From Octopus sinensis (Eukaryota): a stretch of DNA of 64,000 bases. The notes below the pieces were generated by a model, which made no database searches, had not been told where the DNA came from, and saw only the letters and a program-made list of their open reading frames with translations. The position numbers and the translations under genes are program-made. Each line of letters opens with the position of its first letter. The first letter of the stretch is position 1. The stretch is from contig NC_043025.1 in NCBI RefSeq assembly GCF_006345805.1, positions 11,408,001 to 11,472,000 on the forward strand, given 5' to 3'. Below, one piece after another: positions 1 through 13,000 of the stretch.

Positions 1-209
1 GGTCGACTTTGCCTTTCATCCTTTCGGGGTCGATAAATAAGTACCAGTTACGCACTGGGGTCGATGTAATCGACTTAATACCTATGTTTGTCTTTGTTTG
101 TCCCCTCTGTGTTTAGCCCCTTGTGGGTAGTAAGGAAAGAGGTAATAAATAAGCATTTAATTTGGCAGAGAAATCTGAATGCTAAAAGGATAATCTTTCT
201 CTCTTCTAG

Positions 210-355
210 TGGCCACCTCAACTCTGGCAATGGGAGTGAACCTTCCTGCTCACCTTGTAGTCGTTATGTCGACTCAGTATTATGTGATGGGGAACCACCA
301 GGAGTATTCAGAATCACAGGTGTTACAGATGATCGGCAGAGCTGGACGACCACAG
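210..355 (+). CDS. HFM1: HFM1 exon 1 (in window): [48 protein letters not shown]
   Basis: ctcttctag acceptor, gtgcgt donor; helicase motifs V and VI. Confidence 0.95.
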
Positions 356-763
356 GTGCGTATAAGTGTCACTTGCAAACTTAGAGGAGTGGCTGGTGGT
401 AAGAAGCTTAAGACACAGTGTATTTAGGACTTCATTACCTAATGTGTCCTTCCATTATATAAGGTGATATATTGTGCTTTGAAATTTATCCAGTGAATGG
501 ATATATGCATACACACTCATACACAAGTACACACACACACACAATATACTTAGGACTTCTTTTAGGGTCTGTATACCAAATCCACTCACAAGTCTTTGGT
601 TGGCCTGGAGCTATAGAAGTATACATTTGCTGAAAGTGGTACGCAGTGGGACTGAAACACGGATCCATGTGGTTGGGAAGCAAACTTATTACCACCCAAC
701 CACGCTTAAGCACATACATAGATACATACATACATACATACGTATACACACACACACATACAT

Positions 764-825
<62 letters not shown>

Positions 826-929
826 ATACATACGTATACACACACACATACATGCGTATACACATACGTATACATACATACATACACACACACATACATA
901 CATACATACATACATACGTATACACACAC

Positions 930-961
<32 letters not shown>

Positions 962-966
962 TATAT

Positions 967-998
<32 letters not shown>

Positions 999-1268
999 AG
1001 ATCAGCAGCGATTTAGATTCAAATGAATATGGTACTTAATTTAGATGCACCAGAATTTTGTGTGGTGTTACCCATAAAAATTTGCGGGGTGATTATAATA
1101 AAAAATAAACAACTTGATTTGAAAACTTTTATATTATTGGAAAACCTATTACCTGAAGATTACTCAACATCTTAAATCTGCTGTAATATTTACAGCTTTT
1201 AATAAAATGTTGTAGTATGAAACAATTGTACTAAATTACCAGAATCATTCTTGTTGCTTATTTTTGAT

Positions 1269-1315
<47 letters not shown>

Positions 1316-4300
1316 GCTTAAGTGTACACTATTCACTATTATATATTGAGAATTTGTTGTCTATTGACTTTTTATACATGCTAGACCACTGATAGTGCAC
1401 TTAGGTGCATTATGTCACTGTAGAGTTTTCTCCTCTTCAGCTGCAGGCACTTTGCATTCCATTGGGAGGGGAGGAAACTCATACTTTGAAGTAATGCTTC
1501 TCCCGCATGCTAAAGGTTTTAATTAATGTGTTTTACTTTCAGTTTGACACCAGTGCTACAGCTGTGATATTGACTAAAATGAGTAATAAGGTAAGCTACT
1601 TAACAAGTACATCTCTCATTTGTGTCAGCTGAGTGGACTGGCGCAATGTGAAATAAAGTGCCTTGCTGAAGGACACATTGTGCTGCTGGGACTTGAACTC
1701 ATCATCATCATCATCATCATCGTTTAACGTCCGCTTTCCATGCTAGCATGGGTTGGACGGTTCAACTGGGGTCTGGGAAGCCCGAAGGCTGCACCAGGCT
1801 CCAGTCAGATCTGGCAGTGTTTCTACAGCTGGATGCCCTTCCTAACGCCAACCACTCCGAGAGTGTAGTGGGTGATTTTATGTGCCACTGACACAGGTGC
1901 CAGGCGAGGCTGGTGAACGGCCACGCTCGGATGGTGTTTTTTACGTACCACCGGCACGGAGGCCAGTCGATGCGGTACTGGCTACGGCCACGTTCAGATG
2001 GATTTAGTATGTGCCACCGGCACTGATACCACAAAACTACAAATTCCATTAATGTTCATCGAGTTTGCTTTTGATTTTGTCCATTTTGTTCATTTTTCCA
2101 TTTTTCATGACCATTTTTGGACATTTTCATGTCCATTTTTCATGACCTATGATTGTAAGCCGAGTACCCTAACCACTAAGCCATGCACTTTCACACTTGT
2201 ATATATTACAACTACAACTGTCTCTCCATTGGTTATGATAACGAATGTTCCAATTGATCTAATTAGCAAAATGACCGGCTTGTCAAATTAGCATGCAAGT
2301 GGCTGAGCACTCCAGACACACACATTCTTAATGTAGTTCTCAGGGAAATTCAGCATGACACAGGCTCTATGAATGACAAGGCTGGCTCTATGAATTACAG
2401 GTACAATAATATATATTTATATACACACTTCACAGACAACCAATGTCATCATCATCATCATCATCATCATTTAGCGTCCGCTTTCCATGCTAGCATGGGT
2501 TGGACGGGTCAACTGGGGTCTGTGAAGCTGGAAGGCTTCGTCAGGCCCAGTCAGATCTGGCAGTGTTTCTACGGCTGGATGCCCTTCCTAACGCCAACCA
2601 CTCCGCGAGTGTAGTGGGTGTTTTTTACGTGCCACCTGCACAGGTGCCAGACAGAGCTGGCGAATGGCCACGAACGGATGGTGCTTTTACGTGTCACCGG
2701 CACGGGGCCAGGCGATACTGGCAAAGGACACGAACGGATGGTGCTTTTACGGGCCAGACAGAGCTGGCAAACGGCCACGAACGGACGGTGCTTTTACGTG
2801 TCACCGGCACGGGGGCCAGCCGAGGCTGGCAACGGACGCGAACGGATGGTGCTTTTATGTGCCACCGACACGGTTGCCAGACAGAGCTGTATTTATATAT
2901 ATACACTTCTTCATATGTAAATAATATACTCTTTACTCTTTTACTTGTTTCAGTCATTTGACTGCGGCCATGCTGGAGCACCGCCTTTAATCGAGCAACT
3001 TGACCCCGGGACTTATTCTTTGTAAGCCCAGTACTTATTCTATCGGTCTCTTTTGCCGAACTGCTAAGTGACGGGGACATAAACACACCAGCATCGGTTG
3101 TCAAGCAATGCTAGGGGGACAAACACAAACATACACGCACATACACATATATACGACGGGCTTCTTTCAGTTTCCATCTACCAAATCCGCTCACAAGGCT
3201 TTGGTCGGCCCAAGCCTATAGTAGAAGACACTTGCCCAAGGTGCCACACAGTGGGACTGAACCCGGAACCATGTGGTTGGTTAGCAAGCTACTTACCACA
3301 CAGCCACTCCTGCGCCTGGGTTTAAAAACAACAGGTTTTTAATAAACATTTTTCTTTTCTTTTCTCTTATATTTCCCCTTGTTTCCAGATCAAATATGAA
3401 GGACTGACCTGGGTTTAAAAGCAACAGGTTTTAATCAACTTTTCCCTTTTCTTTTATTTTTCCTTTGTTTCCAGAGCAAATATGAAAATTTGGTAAATGG
3501 TATGCAAGTTATTGAGAGCAGGTCAGTCTATTGGACACATCACACACTACATGCTTCTTGCCTTATTTTAAAATACACATCTTAATTCACATAACTCAAA
3601 AATTGCCTTATTTTATCACATCTTGCCTCACATAGCACACACCTTGCCTTATTTTGAAACACACACCTCATCTCACCTAACACGCATCCTGCCTTATTTT
3701 AAAAGATTCCTTACGTCACGCAACACCCCTATGACACACACCTTGCCAAATACACATTTCAATACACCCATCACACAACAGACCAACACATCCTGACCTC
3801 ACTTAACTGACCACTAGCTTGTTAAGCAACTAACTACTACTACAATTACTGCTGCTGCTGCTACTACTACCATCACCACAACATTCACCACCACCACTAC
3901 TGCTGCCCTCCCTCAGTACTACTACTATTACTACTACCACCACCACCACAACATCCACCACTAATACTACCCTTCCTCCCTACTACTACTACTACCATCA
4001 TCACTACACGACCACTACCACCACCACAACATCCACCACAACCACCACCACACTACTACTACTACCCTCCTTCCCTACTACTACTACCATCATCACTACA
4101 CTACTACTACCAACACCACAACCACTACCCTCCCTCCCTACTACTACTATTACTACTACTACCCTCCCTCCCTACTATTACTACTACTACTACCACCACA
4201 ACATCCACCACATCCACCACCACCATCACCACCACCACTATAACTACTAATACTACTACTACTGCAGCTTGCACAAGAATCTCATAGAACATCTGAACGC

Positions 4301-4749
4301 AGAGATCTTCCTCAACACAATTACTGACATCAATGTCGCTGTGGAGTGGATCAAACACACTTTCCTCTACATCAGGGTACGCAAAAACCCTAAACATTAC
4401 GGTGAGTTTGGTCAGCTTTTTTATCAATCCTGTGACCCCCATCCCATCCTGCAGCACAATTAATTTGGTTTATTGTTTCCTTCATTCATTTTTACTGGGT
4501 CTATGTTCACAGGCACAGGTGTGGCTGTGGGGTAAGATGTTAGCTTCCTGATCGCGTGGTTTTGGTTCAGTTCCTATTTATGGTGCACTGAGCAAGTGTC
4601 TTCTATTATAGCCCTGGACAATACAGGTCTTGTGAGTGAATTTAGTACACAGAAACTGAAAGAAGCGCCCATTGTATCTATCTGTCTGGCAATCTATTCA
4701 TCTATCTGTGTATCTCTCTTTCCATCTTTCAACTGTCTATCTATATCTT

Positions 4750-4793
<44 letters not shown>

Positions 4794-5352
4794 CACAGGA
4801 GTGGCTGTGTGGTAAGTAGCTTGCTAACCAACCACATGGTTCCGGGTTCAGTCCCACTGCGTGGCATCTTGGGCAAGTGTCTTCTGCTATAGCCCCAGGC
4901 CGACCAATGCCTTGTGAGTGGATTTGGTAGACGGAAACTGAAAGAAGCCTGTCGTATATATATATGTGTGTGTTCGCGTGTCTGTGTTTGTCCCCTTAGC
5001 ATTGCTTGACAACCGATGCTGGTGTGTTTACATCCCCGTCACTTAGCAGTTCGGCAAAAGAGACGGATAGAATAAGTACTGGGCTTGCAAAGAATAACTC
5101 CCGGGGTCGATTTGCTCGACTAAAGGTGGTGCTCCAGCATGGCCGCAGTCAAATGACTGAAACAAGTAAAAGAGAGTATGTGTGTGTGGAGGTGCAATAG
5201 CCTAGTGGTTAGGGCAGCGGACTCTCGGTCATAGGATCGCGGTTTCGATACCCAGACGAGGCATTGTGAGTGTTTATTGAGTACTGTGGTCAATGTTATA
5301 GGCTTACACCCTCCTGCAAGATTGCTAACCTTGTACCAAAATTCGGAATCAA

Positions 5353-5397
<45 letters not shown>

Positions 5398-6488
5398 AGG
5401 CATATCTGATAAAATGACCAATGCACAAATGGAGAAATATCTACAAGGTAAGAATATATTCGAAGGTGGACTGAATACATCAATAGAGATTTACATCTCT
5501 ATGGGTCAGTTGTACTTGTTGCCCTGATCATATCACTCTCTCTCTCTCTCTCCTTTTTCTCTCTCTTTTTCTTCCACCCTCTTACCTCTCGCTTCCTTCC
5601 TCTGTCTCCTTACACATACAACCACACATCATGGATGGAAGCGCTCCGTCGGTTATGACGACGAGGGTTCCGGTTGATCCGAATCAACGGAACAGCCTGC
5701 TCATGAAATTAACGTGCAAGTGGCTGAGCACTCCACAGACACGTGTACCCTTAACGCAGTTCTCGGGGATATTCAGCGTGACACAGAGAGTGACAAGGCC
5801 AGCCCTTTTGAAATACAGGTACAACAGAAACAGGAAGTAAGAGTGAGAGAAAGTTGTGGTGAAAGAGTACAGCAGGGATCACCACCATCCACTGCCGGAG
5901 CCTCGTGGAGCTTTTAGGTGTTTTCGCTCAATAAACACTGACAACGCCCGGTCTGGGAATCGAAACCGCGATCCTATGACCGCGAGTCCGCTGCCCTAAC
6001 CACTGGGCCATTGTGCCTCCACACAGGTATACACTCACAGACACACACATTTCTTTGTATTCTCACAAACTGCTCAATAACAGCTTTTCTCATCATGTTT
6101 CGACAACTCTACACACCTTCTCTTCACAATTTAATAATTACAATTCTTTTCACAAACCTTGACCAATAGATACACACACACACACATATCCAAATTGAGT
6201 GAGTGGCATGGTTAAGGGGCAGGCTACATATACTTTTTAAATGATCCTCTGATGTAATAGGTCCTCAATGAGAGATACTCTCTTTACTCTTTTACTTGTT
6301 TCAGTCATTTGACTGCGGCCATGCTGGAGCATCGTCTTTAGTCGAGGAAATCGACCCCAGGACTTATTCTTTTGTAAGCCCAGTACTTATTCTATCGGTC
6401 TCTTTTGCCGAACCGCTAAGTAACGGGGACATAAACACACCAGCATCAGTTGTCAAGCAATGCTAGGGGGACAAACACAGACACACAA

Positions 6489-6519
<31 letters not shown>

Positions 6520-6954
6520 CATATATACGACGGGCTTCTTTTAGTTTCCGTCTACCAAATCCACTCACAAGGCTTTGGTCAACCCGAGGCTATAGTAGAA
6601 GACACTTGCCCAAGGTGCCACGCAGTGGGACTGAACCCGGAACCATGTGGTTGGTAAACAAGCTACTTACCACACAGCCACTCCTGCACCTAATACTCAA
6701 CTTTGCTAATCATCAGGCCAAGATTACCTTAATTAAGTGAAGGTTACATTGTCACTTGGAATTTCCAAGTTAACTCACCACAGATGCAAATTAACAAAGA
6801 AACTGACAGAGTAAGAACCAGTCTTCATAAAAATAATTACAGGGGTCAATTCATCCCACTAAAAGTTCCTGAAGGTGGTGCCCCAGCATGGCCACAGTCT
6901 AATGATCGAAACAAGTAAAACATAAAAGATATGTACAGAAACACAGATAATGTA

Positions 6955-7011
<57 letters not shown>

Positions 7012-10000
7012 TTACATGCTAATTAATCTGTGTGTACTCTCTTGTTAAATTTGAACCCTTGTTTTTCAGATTTGTGCCTACAGAATCTGAACCACTTGGC
7101 TAGTGTGACCCTTATTGTCTTGGATGAAGATACCTTTGACATTAAACCAACCGGTAAGCTAAACAATAAAAGGAGCTTCTACACAGTCACTGAGTCATTA
7201 TTGCTTGACATCCTGTACATGTGCCGGTGGCACATAAAAAGCGCCTTCCGAATGTGGCCATAGCCAGCTCCGACTCGACTGGCTTCTGTGCCGGTGGCAC
7301 ATAAAAAGCACCATCCAAATGTGGCCGTTGCCAGCGTCGCTGGCACGTTAAATGCCCCAACCGATCGTGGCCGATGCCGGACCCCGCCTGGCACCTGTGC
7401 AGGTGGCACGTAAAAAGCACCCACTACACTCGCGGAGTGGTTGGCGTTAGGAAGGGCATCCAGCCGTAGAAACTCTGCCAGATCAGACTGGAGCCTGGAG
7501 CAGCCCCTGGCTTCCCAGACCCCGGTCGAACCGTCCAACCCGTGCTAGCACGGAAAACGGACGTTAAACGATGATGATGACGATCCGCTTTCCATGCTGG
7601 CATGGGTTGGATGGTTTGACTGAAGACTGGTGAGCCAGAGGCTGCACCAGGCTGAGTCTGGTCTGGCAAAGTTTCTACAGCTGGATGCCCTTCCTAATGC
7701 CAACCACTCCGAGAGTGTAGTGAGTGCTTTTTACGTGCCACTGGTACGAAGGCCAGTCAGGCGGTTCTGGCAATGACCATGCTCAAAAGGTGTTTTTTAT
7801 GTGCTACCTGCACGGGAGCCAGTCCAGCGGCACTGGCAACGACCACACTTGAATGTTGTTTTTCATGTGCCACCAGCACATGTGCCAGTAAGCTGACGAT
7901 CAAGCTCGAATGGTGCTTTTCATGTGTCACTGGCACGGGAGCCAATCTGTGGCCCTGGCGCTGAAAATACATAATCTATCATCCTTAAAGGAAGGAGTGA
8001 CTATAATATTTGGCAGAGTAGGATGAGTGTGGTGGTGATAATGATGATGATGATGATGCAGATAATGTGGTTGTGGTGGTGATGATGATGATGATGATGC
8101 AGATAATGTGGTGGTGATGATGATGAGGGTGAGGGTGGGTGTGATGGTATGGTTTGTGCTAATGATGGTGATATATTTTTACTTTGCGGCGTGCTGGCAG
8201 AAACGTTAGCACGCCGGGCGAAATGCTTAGCGGTATTTCGTCTGCCGTTAGGTTATGAGTTCAAATTCCGCCGAGGTCGACTTTGCCTTTCATCCTTTCG
8301 AGGTCGATAAATTAAGTACCAGTTACGCACTGGGGTCGATGTAATCGACTTAATCTGTTTGTCTGTCCTTGTTTGTCCCCTCTGTGTTTAGCCCCTTGTG
8401 GGTAATAAAGAAATAGGTATTTCGTCTGCCGTTACGTTATGAGTTCAAATTCCGCCAAGGTCGACTTTGCCTTTCATCCTTTCGAGGTCGATAAATTAAG
8501 TACCAGTTACGCACTGGGGTCGATGTAATCGACTTAATCCGTTTGTCTGTCCTTGTTTGTCCCCTCTGTGTTTAGCCCCTTGTGGGTAATAAAGAAATAG
8601 GTATTTCGTCTGCCGTTACGTTATGAGTTCAAATTCCGCCAAGGTCGACTTGCCTTTCATCCTTTCGAGGTCGATAAATTAAGTACCAGTTACGCACTGG
8701 GGTCGATGTAATCGACTTAATCTGTTGTGTCTGTCCTTGTTTGTCCCCTCTGTGTTTAGCCCCTTGTGGGTAATAAAGAAATAGGTATTTCGTCTGCCGT
8801 TACGTTATGAGTTCAAATTCCGCCAAGGTCGACTTTGCCTTTCATCCTTTCGAGGTCGATAAATTAAGTACCAGTTACGCACTGGGGTCGATGTAATCGA
8901 CTTAATCCGTTTGTCTGTCCTTGTTTGTCCCCTCTGTGTTTAGCCCCTTCTGGGTAGTAAAGAAATATATATTTTTACTTTGCATTTTTTCCTTTGTTAT
9001 TTTGTCTTAATTAACTTACCCAGTCCCTTAAATGACTATGAATGACCTTGTTTTTTAATTTTGATTCTTTCAGACATGGGACGACTGATGGCCAGATACT
9101 GCATAGCGTTTGACACAATGAAAAGTTTTGCTAAATTAACTGGATCCGAAGGTTTAAGTGAACAGGTAAAATAATAATGATGATGATAGTAGTAATGGTT
9201 ACAAATTCATGGCTCACAGCCAGCAAGTTCAGGGGAGTGGGTAAGTTGATTACATCTACCCCAGTCCTCAAATAGTACTTATTTTATCAACCCTGAAAGG
9301 ATGAAAGGCAAAGCTGACTTCAGTAGAATTTGAACTCAGAACATAAAGATAGAGGAAATCCTAAGCATTTTTTTCTGGTGTGCTATCCATTTGGCCAGTT
9401 TGCTACCTTGAATAATAATCATCATCATCATCATCGTTTAACATCCGCTTTCCATGCTAGCATGGGTTGGACGATTTGACTGAGGTCTGGCTAACCAGAT
9501 GGCTGCACCAGACTCCAATCTGATCTCTGGCAGAGTTTCTACAGCTGGATGCCCTTCCTAATGCCAACCACTCCAAGAGTGTAGTGGGTGCTTTTTACCT
9601 TACTATCTCTTCCTCATCATCATCATCGTTTAACGTCCGTTTTCCATGCTAGCATGGGTTGGACAGTTCAACTGGGGTCTGGGAAGCCAGTAGGCTGCAC
9701 CAGGCTCCGGTCTTATCTGGCAATGTTTCTACAGCTGGATGCCCTTCCTAACGCCAACCACTCCGAGAGTGTAGTGGGTGCTTTTATGTGCCACCGCCAT
9801 GAGGGCCAGTCAGGCGGTACTGGCAATGGCCACACTCAAATGGTGCTTTTTATGTGCCACCTGCACAGGACCCAATCCAGCGGCACTCGCAACGACCTCG
9901 CTCGAATGTTTTTTCACATGCCACTGGCACAAGTGCCAGTAAGGCGACACAGATAAAGATCACACTTGAATGCATTTTTTTACGTGCCATCGGCATGGAG

Positions 10001-13000
10001 GCCAGCTTGTTGCTCTGGCAACGATCGCGCTTATATGGTACTCTTAGCGCTCCACTAGCATGGATGCCAGTCATCGAATTTGATTTCGATTTCACTTGCC
10101 TCAACAGGTCTAATAATAATAATAATATAATAATAATAATAATCATCATCTGCTGGTGACTAAAGGCCTCTCGCTCAGAGTAAAAGGCAGACTGTATGAT
10201 GCATGTGTACGAACAGCTATGCTACATGGCAGTGAAACATGGGCCGTGACTGCTGAGGACATGCGTAAGCTCGTGAGGAACGAAGCCAGTATGCTCCGAT
10301 GGATGTGTAATGTCAGTGTACTTACTCGACAGAGCGTTAGTACCTTGAGAGAAATGTTGTACCTAAGAAGCATCAGTTGTTGTGTGCAAGAGAGACGATT
10401 GCGCTGGTATGGTCATGTGGCGAGAATGGATGAAGAGAGGTGTGTGAGAAAGTGCCAATCCGTAGCAGTTGAGGGAACCCGTGGAAGAGGTAGACCCAGG
10501 AAAACCTGGGACGAGGTGGTGAAGCACGACCTTCGGACGTTAGGTCTCACCATGGAAATGACTAGAGACCGAGACCTATGGAAGTATGCTGTGCGTGAGA
10601 AGACCCGGCAAGACTAGTGAAGCCATAATCCGTGGCCCCTACCTGGGACGTAGTCAGTCCACCTGTGCATACCTTCCTTCTTGTGACACTTGTGAAGACC
10701 TGTTGAGGCAAGTGAGAATCGAATCGAATCGTATCAAATCAAATCGAACCAAATCAAAATAGATGAACATCAATGGAATTTGTATCCTTGTGGTGCCAGT
10801 GCCGGTGGCACATAAGAAAACCATCCGAACGTGACCGTAGCCAGTACCGCAATGACTGGCTTCCGTGCTGAGGGCACGTAACAACACCATCCGAGCGTGG
10901 CCGTCCGCCAGCCTCGTCTAGCACCTGTGTCGGTGACACATAAGAAAACACCATCCGAGCGTGGCCGTCTGCCAGCCTCGTCTGGCACCTGTGTCGGTGG
11001 CACATAAAAAACACCATCCGAGCGTGGCCGTCTGCCAGCCTCGTCTGGCACCTGTGTCGGTGGCACATAAAAAACACCATCCGAGCGTGGCCGTCTGCCA
11101 GCCTCGTCTGGCACCTGTGTCGGTGGCACATAAAAAACACCATCCGAGCGTGGCCGTCTGCCAGCCTCGTCTGGCACCTGTGTCGGTGGCACATAAAATC
11201 ACCCACTACACTCTCGGAGTGGTTGGCGTTAGGAAGGGCATCCAGCTGTAGAAACACTGCCACATCTGACTGGCCTGGTGCAGCCTTCGGGCTTCCCAGA
11301 CCCCAGTTGAACCGTCCAACCCATGCTAGCATGGAAAGCGGACGTTAAACGATGATGATGATGATGATGATGATGATCATCATCATCATCATCATCGTTT
11401 AACGTCTGTTCTCCATGCTAGCATGGGTTGGACGGTTCGACCGGGGATCTGGAAAGCCAGAAGGCTGCACCAGGCTCCAGTCTTATCTGGCAGTGTTTCT
11501 ACAGCTGGATGCCCTTCCTAACGCCAACCACTCCGTGAGTGTAGTGGGTGCTTTTTACGTGCCACCTGCACAGGTGCCAGGCGAGGCTGGCAATGGCCAC
11601 GGTCGGATTGGTGTATTTTATGTGCCTAATCATAATGATAATCATAATAATGATAATGATAATAATAATAATAATGATAATAATAATGATAATGATAATA
11701 ATAATGATAATAATAAATGCCCTGATGCAGTACCAGGCAGTGGCTCTCATGGCTTCTGATCTTAACTGATTGGAAGTGTTGTCATGTACATCGTTTTGTC
11801 TTGGTATAAAAGATGGGCTACAGCAAATATTCTGCTCAATCCACAGATTTGCTTGTCAGTTGTTTGACCTTAACCAGTTGAGCATGTCCCTTAGTGGCTG
11901 ACGATATGTGCATCTCTGATCACGAGCAGAAGTAGTGGGGGAGCATCATAGCCATGTGTTGAGAGTGATTCTTTGGGGTTTGGATAATTCGCCTTTGGAA
12001 ACATGGGTGTTTCGTTCAACATCCTCAAACAACCCTTATTCAGGGACCTTTTGAGCGGGATGGGTTACTCGACCAGAAGAAAATTCTAACTGGGCCCCAC
12101 CTGCAAGGTCATGTGCTGTTTATCTTGATATGAGATCACCATGTCGCGCACATATGGTTGTGATGCATGTGCCTGGTGTACCCTTATCAGACAGGTAAGT
12201 CATGGTGGGTATACTGGGCTTCGTATATTTTACCCCAGTGTCACTTTGATGGTATGCACTGCTCTCTCACTCAATAATAATAATGGCACATATGGTTGTA
12301 ATGCATGTGCCTGGTGTACCCTTATCAGACGGGTAGTCATGATGGGTATACTGGGCTTCGTATATTTTACCCCAGTGTCACTTTGATGGCATGCACTGCT
12401 CTCTCACTCAATAATAATAATGGCACATATGGTTGTAATGCATGTGCCTGGTGTACCCTTATCAGACGGGTAGTCATGATGGGTATACTGGGCTTCGTAT
12501 ATTTTACCCCAGTGTCTCTTTGATGGCATGCACTGCTCTCTCACTCAATAATAATAATAATAATGAGGTGCAGACATACACGTGGTAAAAAGCTCACTTC
12601 TCAAACACATGGTTTCCCGAGCGGCGGGGAAAGCAGTTTCTGTCAACCCAATTCCTTCGCAAGGTATAGACTAGTCTAGGCATAAAGCGGAAGATGTTTG
12701 CCCAAGGTACCACACAGTGAGATTGAACCTGAAACCACGTGGTTGCTAAGTGAGCTTTTTAACCACACAGCCATGCTTGTACCTATACCCTAACCTTTTT
12801 ATCTTCTTTTTTTTCTGTTTTGCTTTTGTTTGTTGTTTTTTCCAGTTGGACATTTTATCCAGAAGTTACGAATTTAGTGATATTCAGATCCGAACTAATG
12901 AAAAGAAAACGCTAAATTCTTTAAACAAAAGCAAGACTAGCGCAACAATAAGGTAAATAAACTACAAATGAAATAAAACTAAAATTATTAGAATATTAAG

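Noticed and set aside
486-1016. Long ORFs rich in Y/I/H/T/V/C (also 42900..43220, 53600..54350, 57400..57840, 60130..60910, 62400..63280)
   Set aside because: Translations of (TA)/(CA)/(TACA)n microsatellites
3098-3325. Recurrent ORFs [10 protein letters not shown]..., MLGGQTQTH..., MLAWVGRF...
   Set aside because: Chance frames in SINE and RTE 3' UTR copies; no domain, variable stops
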